This document shows, one piece after another, positions 46,326-57,406 of a stretch of 64,000 bases of DNA (positions are counted from its first letter, which is position 1; each line of letters opens with the position of its first letter). A program made the translations under genes and the position numbers. The notes below the pieces were generated by a model that saw nothing but the letters and a program-made list of their open reading frames with translations, had not been told where the DNA came from and did not search any database. This DNA is from Rhodocyclaceae bacterium (GTDB lineage: Bacteria > Pseudomonadota > Gammaproteobacteria > Burkholderiales > Rhodocyclaceae). The stretch covers positions 83,807-147,806 of the forward strand of contig DAHXLO010000036.1 in NCBI GenBank assembly GCA_027365955.1, in the 5' to 3' direction.

Positions 46326-47222
46326 TTGGATTTCAGATTGCTACGCTATTTCGTTGCAGTCGCGGAAGAGCTGCATCTCGCCCGCGCGGCCGAGCGTCTC
46401 GGGATCGAGCAATCTCCCGTATCGCGAGCAATGCGCGACCTGGAAAGCCAGCTTGGCGTGCAGTTGTTCGACCGCAGCACCCGCCTGACGCGGCTGACCT
46501 GGGCCGGCCAGGTGTTCCTAGGCGAATGCCGACGCGTGATGGCCACCGTGGAGCAGGCAGTCAAGAGTGCCAAGGCGGCGGCACAGGGCTACCAGGGCCA
46601 TCTGCGCATCGCGATCTGCGACGGCCTGGCGCAGCCCCGCATCGCCACCTTGCTGGCACGCAGCCGCGAGGAGGAGCCCGAGATGGAGATTCGCGTCTTC
46701 GAGCTGCCGTTCGCGCAGCAGCTCAAGACGCTGCACGACGATCTGCTGGACATCGGCTTTGCGTTGTCAAACGCGGTACATGATGGCCTCGTCGCCGAGC
46801 CGGTGTGGACCGATCCGCTGTCGGTGATCGTGCCCGCACGCCACCCCTTGCTGGCACACGTGCAGGTGCCGCTGGCCGAAGCCCTGAAGTTCCCGCTGGT
46901 TCTGTGCCATCCCGAATCGGGATCGGGCTGCCGCCATCAGATTCAAGCGCTGCTGCAGGACGCAGGCACGCCGCTCAAGCTGGTCGATGAAGTGACCAGC
47001 CTGGGCGTGATGCTGACCTTGGTCGGTGCCGGCTACGGCATCGGCTTCGCCATCGCCTCGCAGGTGCAGACGCTACAGCGCCCGGACATCTCCATTCGTC
47101 CCCTGGCCGGCACCCCACCGGTGCTCTATACCTACCTGCTGCGCCGCCAGGGCGAACCCTCGGAGCCCATGAAGCGGTTCATCGAGCGGGCGAAAGGCGG
47201 GCGGGACCGCGCCTGTCGATGA
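46326..47222 (+). CDS. LysR-family transcriptional regulator at the ICE terminus
   Basis: DFRLLRYFVAVAEELHLARAA HTH; TTG start after AGGAGG. Confidence 0.92.
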   Translation: MDFRLLRYFVAVAEELHLARAAERLGIEQSPVSRAMRDLESQLGVQLFDRSTRLTRLTWAGQVFLGECRRVMATVEQAVKSAKAAAQGYQGHLRIAICDGLAQPRIATLLARSREEEPEMEIRVFELPFAQQLKTLHDDLLDIGFALSNAVHDGLVAEPVWTDPLSVIVPARHPLLAHVQVPLAEALKFPLVLCHPESGSGCRHQIQALLQDAGTPLKLVDEVTSLGVMLTLVGAGYGIGFAIASQVQTLQRPDISIRPLAGTPPVLYTYLLRRQGEPSEPMKRFIERAKGGRDRACR

Positions 47223-47470
47223 TGAGTCAATCCTTTGAGGACGCAGCTCACCTGTCCGTTGCGGCCTGTGGCGTGATGTGCCAGTGGACAGATAGACTTC
47301 GGTATGAAATCCGATGCTCTGGCTGTTAGTGGATGTGCTTGGCTCGCTTTGGATCACCCGCAACGGCCTGCGTTGACCAGGCCGAAGACTTGAGTCCACA
47401 ATCGAGTCCATTCCGTGACGCTTGGATCGGAAAAGACGTTCGTAATAAACGAGTTAGCGACCGGGTGCTG

Positions 47471-47488
47471 TTCCCATCGCCCGCTCCA
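47471..47488 (+). other. ICE attachment site: duplicated 3' end of tRNA-Gly(CCC)
   Basis: TTCCCATCGCCCGCTCCA matches the T-arm/acceptor 3' end of betaproteobacterial tRNA-Gly(CCC). The rest of the tRNA is absent. It falls where ICE-type genes stop. Confidence 0.85.
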
Positions 47489-47589
47489 CTCCACCTCGAA
47501 ATCCCCTTTCAAGTTCAGCCGTTTAGCGTTGGCTCGCCCATCTCTGCCAACGGGTCTGTGCCTGTTTTGTGCCATGAGTGTCCGGCGCA

Positions 47590-47754
47590 AGCACTCGAAA
47601 CCCTCAACGGTCTGTTCCAGGCCGCCAGGCGCCGCGCTCGCGGCTTTGCCAGCTTCGACACCATCACGACCGTCATCTTCCTGATCGCCGGCAAGCTCGA
47701 CTTCGCCGCCGCCAACCCTCATGCCCAGCAACCCACTCAAAATTCAGTAGAGCC
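47590..47754 (+). mobile_element. ISL3-family remnant: transposase C-terminus plus terminal inverted repeat
   Basis: LETLNGLFQAARRRARGF...IFLIAGKLDF, then CCCACTCAAAATTCAGTAGAGCC (reverse complement begins GGCTCT, typical of ISL3 ends). Confidence 0.72.
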
Positions 47755-47920
47755 TTTATTGAATTTCAGCCCAACCGCGCACACGCACGCCGCGGCAGGC
47801 CGGAGGCTTTGAATCCCGAATAGGAAGGTCGGCTATGTAGATTGGTGCGCCTCCAAGCCATGATGCGGCGTTACGCAGCTCATGCCTGAGCAACAAACAC
47901 TTCACTGCGCGGCATGCGGC

Positions 47921-49045
47921 TCAACGCGGTGTGCGAACCGGCACCACGACCGATTTGCCCTGCCGTATCACGGTGAGCTGTACCAGCGGTGCGCCGCGGC
48001 GGTCGTCGAGCAGGGCGAGCAGCTTGTCGACCGATTCGATCGGCTTGCCATCCACCGCGGTGATCACGTCACCGATGATTACCGAACCATTCGCAGTGAA
48101 GCCCACGCCGCGCAGGCCGGCCGCCTCGGCGGCGGAGCCACGTTCGACCTTGACGACGAACACGCCGCGCATGTCAAACATGCGGGCGAGACGTGCGTTG
48201 ATGCGCTCATCCAGCTCCAGGCCGAGGTTGGGGCGCTCGTAACGACCGCTGCGGATCAGCTCCGGCACCACGCGGTTGACGATATCGGCGGGCACCGCGA
48301 AACCGATGCCGGCGCTCGCCCCGCTGGGGCTGTAGATCATCGTGTTGATACCGATCAGCCGGCCTGCCGAATCGAGCAGTGGGCCGCCGGAGTTGCCGGG
48401 GTTGATCGCGGCATCGGTTTGGATCAGATGGTGGATCGCGCGCCCATCGTCTTCACCCAAGGAACGATCCAGCGCAGAGACGATGCCGCTGGTGAGCGTC
48501 CAGTCCAGGCCGAAGGGGTTGCCGATCGCGAACACCTTCTGCCCGACGCGCAAATCGCCACTGCTGCCGAGCGGAATCGGCGCGACCCGCTTATCACCGA
48601 GCTTGATGCGCAGCACCGCGATGTCGTGCTCGGGGCTCGCGCCGACCAGCGTGGAGCGGTAGTCCGTGCCGTCGGCGAGCCGCACCGTCGCTTCGCTCGC
48701 ACCCTCGATGACGTGGTAGTTGGTGACGACGTAACCGGATTCGTCCCATAGAAAGCCGGAGCCACTGCCCTTTGGCACGGTCATCACATTGCGGGTCCAC
48801 AGGTCGCGTACCCGTTCGCGCGTGGTGATGAACACCACCGCGTCGCGGCTGCGCTCGAACAGGGCGATGGTGGCCTTTTCGTCCGCCTGCAATTCACCGC
48901 GGGGGATGACGGCTCGCGGCGTGGCTGCGTTGCCAGCCACGCGCGCCAGCAGATCGGGGGCACCCATCGTCGCAGCCGAAGCGAGCACGGCGCCTGCAAG
49001 CAACCGGCCCCAACGCTGCAATCCTTGGTTTCGCTGCCCTGCCAT
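47921..49045 (-). CDS. HtrA/DegP-like serine protease with one PDZ domain
   Basis: TNYHV, DIAVL and INPGNSGGPLL catalytic triad motifs; C-terminal PDZ. Confidence 0.92.
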   Translation of the reverse strand: MAGQRNQGLQRWGRLLAGAVLASAATMGAPDLLARVAGNAATPRAVIPRGELQADEKATIALFERSRDAVVFITTRERVRDLWTRNVMTVPKGSGSGFLWDESGYVVTNYHVIEGASEATVRLADGTDYRSTLVGASPEHDIAVLRIKLGDKRVAPIPLGSSGDLRVGQKVFAIGNPFGLDWTLTSGIVSALDRSLGEDDGRAIHHLIQTDAAINPGNSGGPLLDSAGRLIGINTMIYSPSGASAGIGFAVPADIVNRVVPELIRSGRYERPNLGLELDERINARLARMFDMRGVFVVKVERGSAAEAAGLRGVGFTANGSVIIGDVITAVDGKPIESVDKLLALLDDRRGAPLVQLTVIRQGKSVVVPVRTPR

Positions 49046-49126
49046 GTGCATTCTCCCGTGCGGGCTGCGCCCCTGCGCGCGCCTGATCGCGTGTGATGTG
49101 GCGGCACACCGTGCGAACTTCAAGTG

Positions 49127-49155
49127 CTTGAATCTTAGCGGCGCGACCCCCATTT
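49127..49155 (+). promoter_or_regulatory. Sigma32 (RpoH)-type promoter for the hsp20 genes, back-to-back with a weaker one towards htrA
   Basis: CTTGAA-N15-CCCCATTT. The minus strand has CTTGAA at 49124-49119 followed by a weaker -10 match. Confidence 0.78.
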
Positions 49156-49208
49156 CGGGTGCATGGGCCGCCATGCCGGCGTGCCGTGAGGACGACAAGG
49201 AGACATCC

Positions 49209-49646
49209 ATGATCTACCGGAGTTTCATTCCCCGCGAAGTGCTTGCCCAACTGGATCGGCTGCAGCGCGAACTCCAGCCCGCAGAGCGTTCGTCGAGCAT
49301 CCGTGGTGCCGCCCAGGGCAGCTTTCCGCCGATCAACATTGGCAGCACTCCCTCCGCCGTTGAGCTATACGCATTCGCGCCGGGCATCGACCCCGCCACG
49401 CTTGATGTGCAGATCGAACGCGGCGTGCTGACGCTGTCAGGCGAACGCAAGTCCGATCTGCCGTCAGCAGACCAGAAGGCCACGGTGCATATCGGCGAGC
49501 GCTTCAGTGGCCGCTTCCGCCGCGTGGTCACGCTACCCGACGACATCGACGCAGGCGCCGTGAGTGCCCGTTACCGCGATGGGCTGCTGCATGTCAGCGT
49601 GCCACGCCGCGTTGCCGAACAACCGCGCAAGATCGAAATCCTGTAA
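49209..49646 (+). CDS. Small heat-shock protein (Hsp20)
   Basis: FPPINI, ER..G.FRR..TLP and A.YRDGLL.V..P motifs. Confidence 0.92.
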   Translation: MIYRSFIPREVLAQLDRLQRELQPAERSSSIRGAAQGSFPPINIGSTPSAVELYAFAPGIDPATLDVQIERGVLTLSGERKSDLPSADQKATVHIGERFSGRFRRVVTLPDDIDAGAVSARYRDGLLHVSVPRRVAEQPRKIEIL

Positions 49647-49657
49647 GGAGCCCCGCC

Positions 49658-50029
49658 ATGACCCAGGCCACCCCGAACACCGCCACCGCGCGTGAAGACG
49701 ATGTGCTGATCCCGGCTGTCGACGTGATCGAAGATCCGCAGGGCATCCTGCTGATTGCCGACCTCCCCGGCGTGCCGAAGGAGCAACTCAACATCCAGGT
49801 CGATGGCGACTTGCTGACACTGGAAGGCGCAATCGCGCTGCCAGTACCGCAGGGCATCACGTCGATCCATGCGGAAATCGAAGCACCACGCTTCCGCCGC
49901 GCCTTCACGCTGTCGCGCGAACTCGATGCCGAGCGGGTTGAAGCAGAGCTGCGCCACGGCGTGTTGCGGCTGCGGATTCCGAAGAAGGCGCATGCGCAGC
50001 CGCGCCGCATCGAGGTCCAGATCGACTGA
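49658..50029 (+). CDS. Small heat-shock protein (Hsp20)
   Basis: PAVDVIE, ADLPGV, FRRAFTLS and GVLRLRIPK motifs. Confidence 0.92.
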   Translation: MTQATPNTATAREDDVLIPAVDVIEDPQGILLIADLPGVPKEQLNIQVDGDLLTLEGAIALPVPQGITSIHAEIEAPRFRRAFTLSRELDAERVEAELRHGVLRLRIPKKAHAQPRRIEVQID

Positions 50030-50037
50030 CCAAACTC

Positions 50038-50072
50038 CCGGCCCGCCACGCTTCACGGTGCGGGCCGGTTTT
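50038..50072 (+). terminator. Intrinsic terminator after the hsp20 pair
   Basis: CCGGCCCGC...GCGGGCCGG followed by TTTT. Confidence 0.65.
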
Positions 50073-50113
50073 GCTAGCGTTATCGGCCTGACTTCTGCAA
50101 TCAGGGAGGTCTT

Positions 50114-50737
50114 GTGTCGATCCTCGATAACATCCTCGAGCAGGCGCAACCGCTGCGCATGCCGCTCTTCGCGGTGAGCCTCACCGCACTGCCCCACGCC
50201 AACACCCCCGTCTTGCTCGGCCTGCACTGGCATGCCTTCCGGCGCGATGCCGAGCAGCGCGACGCGCCGCTGCGTGCGGTGCCGTTGTCGCTACTACAAC
50301 TTAACTTGCGTTGGCACGCACTCGCCGAGCTTGAATACGAAGTGCTCGATGCCGCATGGCAATTGGGCGCCTGGTCGCTCGATCGCGACGAGCGCCGCGC
50401 CTGCAACATCGTGGGTGCGCCCAGCGCCGAAGCACTGGCCTGCCGACGCGCGTTTGCAGACCCGGTATTGTGGGCCGAGCGCGACGACGATCTGCCGGTG
50501 GAATCCGCCCCCGATCGCGAGGCGCTGATGCATCGAGCCGGTGACGTGGGCTATGTGCAGTGGCAGTTCAGGCCGGTATCGGGCGGCATCTGGCCGAGTG
50601 CAGACGGCGACGACACGCTGCGCGCCGATGGCCGCCGCGAGCCGCCCTGCCCGGTGACACCCCTGCCCCCGCACGGCGGCAGCAACCGCCACATGAGCTA
50701 CCGCCTGGGCCGCACGGCACGCCTGATCTTGCGCTGA
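50114..50737 (+). CDS. Hypothetical protein in the heat-shock cluster
   Basis: 207-aa ORF with GTG start after AGGGAGG; no recognisable domain. Confidence 0.7.
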   Translation: MSILDNILEQAQPLRMPLFAVSLTALPHANTPVLLGLHWHAFRRDAEQRDAPLRAVPLSLLQLNLRWHALAELEYEVLDAAWQLGAWSLDRDERRACNIVGAPSAEALACRRAFADPVLWAERDDDLPVESAPDREALMHRAGDVGYVQWQFRPVSGGIWPSADGDDTLRADGRREPPCPVTPLPPHGGSNRHMSYRLGRTARLILR

Positions 50738-50780
50738 AGGCCTTGTCGCGCAAGGGCTGCATATGATGTTGCGCAGCCCT

Positions 50781-50809
50781 CTTGAAAGCCGGAATTTCGC
50801 TCCTACATT
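50781..50809 (+). promoter_or_regulatory. Sigma32-type promoter upstream of groES
   Basis: CTTGAAA, spacer, then CCTACATT (imperfect -10). Confidence 0.6.
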
Positions 50810-50911
50810 GGCTGGTGCCGGCAGGCCCGGCCGGGTTGGTCGCCGCGTTCGAGCGTGGCGGGTGCACCCGTATCCCTTCCTGGTGATCTGAATCGTAAGA
50901 GGAGAAAGGAC

Positions 50912-52889
<1,978 letters not shown>

Positions 52890-52932
52890 TCCATGATGCG
52901 GCCGCCGCCCGGCGGCCCCTCATTCGCCTTGT

Positions 52933-52961
52933 GGCCACCGTCCGCGGTGGCCTTCTTTTTT
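52933..52961 (+). terminator. Intrinsic terminator after groEL
   Basis: GGCCACCG-TCCG-CGGTGGCC followed by TTCTTTTTT. Confidence 0.85.
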
Positions 52962-53200
52962 GTTCTGCCGCGGGGAGACCGCTCCAGCGAGCGTGCGATG
53001 GCTTGCACCCGCACCCGATCCAGCCCCGCTCGCAGGCTCTGTGCAGCGTTGATGCGCGCGGCAAACGGATCGCCCGCGGTCTGAGCAATCGAAAGGTGGT
53101 TTTCGGCGGTGACGGCGAACACGATTTGGTCTGCTGCGCAGCTTCAAACCGCCACTACGTGTTGATCGGGGGATGCGGTACCGCTCACGGTGCGGCAACG

Positions 53201-54859
53201 CTAAGCCTCATCGGCTGCGGCGACCACGCAGTTGCGGCGCCGCTTGGCCGCTCGCGCGAGCGCGCTGACGCGATCGAAGAGGCGCACGGCGGTGGTTTCC
53301 GAGCCGCGCTGCACCACCCCGATGCTGGTCGTGACGCGCACGCGCCGGCCATCGCTGGCGACGATCTCGAGTTGTTCGGTGTGCTGGCGGATGCGCTCCG
53401 CGACTTCAACCGCCTCCTGCAACTCGGTGTCGGGCAGCACCAGGCAGAACTCCTCGCCACCGTAGCGCGCGGACCAGTCGATCGTGCGCACGCTGCGTTC
53501 GAGGATGCCGGCAAAGGCGCGCAGCACGGCATCGCCAGTCGGCCAGCCGTAGGTCATGTTGATGTCGTGGAAGTGGTCCAGGTCGAGGAACACCAGCGAC
53601 AAGGCACGATGATTGCGCCGTGCGGCTTCGAGTTCGCGCTCGACATGCTCGTCGAGGTAGCGGCGGTTGTGCAGGCCGGTCAGCGCGTCGTGATAGGCGT
53701 CGCGCGTGGCCTCGCTCATCAACCTGCGCCCCATCAGCGTGATCAGGCTGGTCACCCGCTCGGTGACCACGCGGGTGACGTTCTCGAAGTGGTCGATGCG
53801 CAGATCCTTGCCCTCGCGCGCAAGGCTTTCGGCCAGCTCGTCGGCCACCACCAGCCGACCGCGGCCGTCGCCCTTGGCGCGGTAGAGCGCCTGATCGGCA
53901 GCTTCGAGCAGATCCTCCAGCCCGAGCGATGCGTGCGCCAGCGCCAGCCCGCCGCTGATCGACAACGGCGTCACCTCGCGCTGCGCCGGCGTCGTCGGCA
54001 CCGCTGCACGCCAGAACTCGCGGTGGCGCAGGCGCGACGCATGCGCATCCTGCGGGCCGCCGGTCAGGATCGGGAAGCGGATCGTGCAGAAGTGTTCGAT
54101 GAAGCAGCGCGTATCGCGGGTGACCGCGTTTTCGTCCTGGCGTTTGAGCATCACGACGAACTCGCCGCCGCCAAAGCGCGCGATCAGGTCGTCCGGCGCA
54201 AACCACTCGCGCAGGCAGTCCGCCAGGAAGACAAGGATCTCGTCGCCGGCCTCATGGCCATAGCTCTCATTGACCTGCTTGAGGTGATCGACATCGAGCA
54301 GCAGCACGCCGATCGCGCCCTCGCCATCGACCTGATTGCGTACAAGTTTTTCCGCGCGTTCCTGCCAGGTACGGCGGTTGAGCAGCGCGGTGAGGCGGTC
54401 GTAGTACACCTGCGCCAACTGTTCGGATTCGCGCCGCTCTAGCCGCAGCAGACGCTTCACACGCCACGCGAGTTCGACCGGCGCCGCGCTGGCGGCCATC
54501 ACGTCGTGCAGGCTGCCGGAATCGCCCCGCTCGTCGAGAAAACGTTGCACCAGCGCAGCATGGGCCGCATCGCGCATGACGATCAGCGCCGGCCGGCTAC
54601 CCGCATGCAGCGTGCGCTTGAGGCCCTCGACGCCGTCCATCAGGTCGGCGCGGATCACGTACACCGCATCCGGGTGCTGTGTCTGAAAGCCCGGCGCGAT
54701 GCACTTGACCTCATGCCCCGCCAGCCGCAGCAGATCCGCCCTGACCGCATCCGGATATTCGACGCCGTCGGGCGACACCTTGGCCTGCACTGCCGTTCTC
54801 TCCCTCTGAACCTGCCGGTCGCTCAACATGGCTTTCGAACTAGGCGAGGGTAACGGCAT
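53201..54859 (-). CDS. Tandem GGDEF-domain protein (start uncertain: 54910, 54859 or 54829)
   Basis: Two GGDEF domains (ARFGGGEF and ARYGGEEF), each preceded by D.LT.L.NRR. Confidence 0.88.
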   Translation of the reverse strand: MPLPSPSSKAMLSDRQVQRERTAVQAKVSPDGVEYPDAVRADLLRLAGHEVKCIAPGFQTQHPDAVYVIRADLMDGVEGLKRTLHAGSRPALIVMRDAAHAALVQRFLDERGDSGSLHDVMAASAAPVELAWRVKRLLRLERRESEQLAQVYYDRLTALLNRRTWQERAEKLVRNQVDGEGAIGVLLLDVDHLKQVNESYGHEAGDEILVFLADCLREWFAPDDLIARFGGGEFVVMLKRQDENAVTRDTRCFIEHFCTIRFPILTGGPQDAHASRLRHREFWRAAVPTTPAQREVTPLSISGGLALAHASLGLEDLLEAADQALYRAKGDGRGRLVVADELAESLAREGKDLRIDHFENVTRVVTERVTSLITLMGRRLMSEATRDAYHDALTGLHNRRYLDEHVERELEAARRNHRALSLVFLDLDHFHDINMTYGWPTGDAVLRAFAGILERSVRTIDWSARYGGEEFCLVLPDTELQEAVEVAERIRQHTEQLEIVASDGRRVRVTTSIGVVQRGSETTAVRLFDRVSALARAAKRRRNCVVAAADEA

Positions 54860-54902
54860 GAAGATCTCGCGACTTGATGAAAGCCATGCGATATGGCGAT
54901 CG

Positions 54903-55214
54903 TCAGTCATCCGTCATGGCAGTCGCGAGCGCATCGCGCAGCCAGATCTGCGCCGGGTCGGCGTGGGCGCGGGCGTGCCAGCCCATCAGCACCGACAAGC
55001 CGGCGACCTCGCAAGGCGGGGCGAGCACTGCAAGGCGCTCGGTGGGTGTCATGCCACGCGCGGCGGGGATCAGAAGCGGATCGACGAAGGCACCGCGCAA
55101 CTGCCGTAACTGCGCGGACAGCGGCGGCTGCGAGAGACCGACACGGCACGAGCCTGGCCGCTGCACAACGCCTTGGTACGGCGGCACGCTGATCGAAGAT
55201 CGGTTGAACATCAT
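54903..55214 (-). pseudogene. Internally deleted LysR-type regulator
   Basis: HTH-linker GLSQPPLSAQLRQLR.AF.DPLLIP..RGMTPT is joined directly to the C-terminal ...MGWHARAHADPAQIWLR; the effector domain is missing. Confidence 0.65.
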
Positions 55215-55396
55215 GGTGGCCGAAAACGCGATGAAGGCGGGCAGCCTCGCGCGCGCCGAAGCAGTCGCAACTCAGTCAACGCAAGAAGCCGCGATGCCAC
55301 ACGGCGCTCGACTCAGCAACGGGATAGCTCTTCGGGCACCCAATTTGGCGCCCGCACATTTCGGCCGAAATGCCCGTGCAAGGCGGATAATTGCGC

Positions 55397-56812
55397 ATGA
55401 CCCAAACGACCCCGCCCCCCGAAGTCACCGCCGCCGCAGGTGGCCCGCCCTTCAGCGAACTGCCGCTGCCGGCCGCCACGCTGGCCAACCTCGCGCTGCT
55501 CGGCTATCACACGATGACGCCGATCCAGGCAGTCACCTTGCCGGTCGCGCTCGCGGGGCATGATCTGCTCGCGCAGGCCAAGACCGGCTCTGGCAAGACC
55601 GCGGCCTTTGCGTTGCCGATGCTGCAACGGCTCGGTGATCGCGGTGACCGGGTGCGGGCCTTGGTGCTGTGCCCGACACGTGAGCTGGCCGAACAGGTCA
55701 GTGGCGAGGTGCGCCGCATCGGCCGCGCGATCGACAACCTCAAGGTGCTGACGCTATGCGGCGGCGCCCCGGCCAAGCCACAACGCGAAAGCCTCGCGCA
55801 TGGTGCCGATATCGTGGTCGGTACCCCGGGCCGCATCCTCGACCACCTCGGCAGCGGCGCACTCGTGCTCGACGACGTCGCCACGCTGGTGCTCGACGAG
55901 GCGGACCGCATGCTCGACATGGGCTTCTACGACGACATCGCCGACGTCGCACAAGCCTGCCCTGCAGTGCGTCAGACCCTGTTGTTTTCCGCCACCTATC
56001 CTGATGGGATCGCGCGCATCGCCGAGCGCTTCCTGCACCAGCCGCGCACGGTGAAGCTGATCGAGCAGCACGCGAGCGACAAGATCCGCCAGCGTTTCTA
56101 CGAAGTCGCCGACGACGCACGCCTCGCCGCAGTGATCCAGTTGCTGCGCCACTATCGCCCGGTCAGCACGCTGGCCTTCTGCAACACCCGCCAGCAGTGT
56201 CGCGATCTGGTCGATGCGCTGCTCGCGGCAGGCATCTCGGCGCTTGCGCTGCATGGCGAACTGGATCAGCGCGAACGCGATCAGGTGCTGGTGCAGTTTG
56301 CGCAGCGCAGCTGTTCGGTGCTGGTGGCGACCGATGTGGCCGCGCGCGGACTCGACATCGACCAGCTCGAAGCGGTGATCAACGTCGACGTTACGCCCGA
56401 CCCGGAGATCCATCTTCACCGCATCGGCCGCACCGGCCGCGGCGACGCCGACGGCTGGGCGCTCAGCGTCGTCAGTGCGAACGAAAAGCGCCGGGTTGCC
56501 GCCATCGCCGAAGCGCAGCACTTCGAACCGGCGTGGCATGCGTTGGCGGATCTGGAGCCCGATGCCTCGCCGCTGCTGCCGCCGATGTCGACGCTGCAGA
56601 TCCTCGGTGGTCGCAAAGAGAAGATGCGCCCTGGCGATGTGCTGGGCGCGCTCACCGGCGAGGCCGGTTTCACCCGCGAGCAGATCGGCAAGATCAGCGT
56701 GATGGAGCTGTCCACCTATGTCGCCGTGCAGCGTGAGATCGCCGACGAAGCGGTGCGCCGGCTCGCCAACGGCAAGATCAAGGGGCGCCGCGTGAAGGTA
56801 CGCAGACTCTGA
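55397..56812 (+). CDS. dbpA: ATP-dependent RNA helicase DbpA
   Basis: AKTGSGKT, DEAD, SAT and HRIGRTGR motifs; C-terminal GG.KEKMRPGD.LGAL RNA-binding domain. Confidence 0.92.
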   Translation: MTQTTPPPEVTAAAGGPPFSELPLPAATLANLALLGYHTMTPIQAVTLPVALAGHDLLAQAKTGSGKTAAFALPMLQRLGDRGDRVRALVLCPTRELAEQVSGEVRRIGRAIDNLKVLTLCGGAPAKPQRESLAHGADIVVGTPGRILDHLGSGALVLDDVATLVLDEADRMLDMGFYDDIADVAQACPAVRQTLLFSATYPDGIARIAERFLHQPRTVKLIEQHASDKIRQRFYEVADDARLAAVIQLLRHYRPVSTLAFCNTRQQCRDLVDALLAAGISALALHGELDQRERDQVLVQFAQRSCSVLVATDVAARGLDIDQLEAVINVDVTPDPEIHLHRIGRTGRGDADGWALSVVSANEKRRVAAIAEAQHFEPAWHALADLEPDASPLLPPMSTLQILGGRKEKMRPGDVLGALTGEAGFTREQIGKISVMELSTYVAVQREIADEAVRRLANGKIKGRRVKVRRL

Positions 56813-56824
56813 GGCTGGTGTCAG

Positions 56825-57406
56825 ATGTCCAATCCGCTATCGCATCATTTCTTCACGATGGCCTGCAACAACGCTTGGGCCAACCATCGTCTGCTCAAGG
56901 CCTGTGCCGCGCTAAGCCAGGACGAGTTCATCGCAGCGCGGACAAGCTTCTTCCCGACCATCCGCGCCACCCTGAACCACACGCTGACGGTCGACTGGTT
57001 CTATGTCGACGCACTCGAACGTGAAGCGCGCGGCGAGCCGCCGCACCCGGATTGCTACTGCTTCTTTGCACAAGACGAGCCGTTTGCGATCTGCGCCGAT
57101 CTGCAGCGCGAACAGGCAGCGGTGGACCAGCGCCTGATCGACTACTGCAAAGTGCTGCAGGATGCGACGCTCGACCGCGTCGTCACCATCGCGCGGCCAG
57201 GCACGCCGCAGCACGACACGCGCACGCGGCTCTTGGCCCATCTGTTTCAGCATCAGATCCACCACCGCGGACAGGTGCACGCGATGCTGGCCGGCACCTC
57301 AGTGAAACCGCCGCAACTCGACGAGTTCTTCTGTGCCGGTGAAGCGGCATTGCGTGCCGCTGATTTCGCGGAATTGGGCTGGCGCGAGTCGGAGATCTGG
57401 CCTTGA
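56825..57406 (+). CDS. DinB/YfiT-family protein
   Basis: N.WAN.RL, FFPTI.ATLNH and HQIHHRGQVHAML motifs. Confidence 0.88.
   Translation: MSNPLSHHFFTMACNNAWANHRLLKACAALSQDEFIAARTSFFPTIRATLNHTLTVDWFYVDALEREARGEPPHPDCYCFFAQDEPFAICADLQREQAAVDQRLIDYCKVLQDATLDRVVTIARPGTPQHDTRTRLLAHLFQHQIHHRGQVHAMLAGTSVKPPQLDEFFCAGEAALRAADFAELGWRESEIWP

Larger units (their letters stand above)
1..47488. mobile_element. ICEclc/PAGI-2 (PFGI-1 class) integrative conjugative element, distal part; continues left of the window
   Basis: Gene order traD-pilL-helicase-DUF3577 region-topB-ssb-inrR-like-parB-parA-alpA-bisR-like matches this family. It ends in an 18-bp tRNA-Gly 3'-end repeat at 47471-47488. Confidence 0.93.

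Noticed and set aside
47440-47500. Complete tRNA-Gly gene
   Set aside because: Only the last 18 nt match; no D-arm or anticodon arm can be folded upstream.
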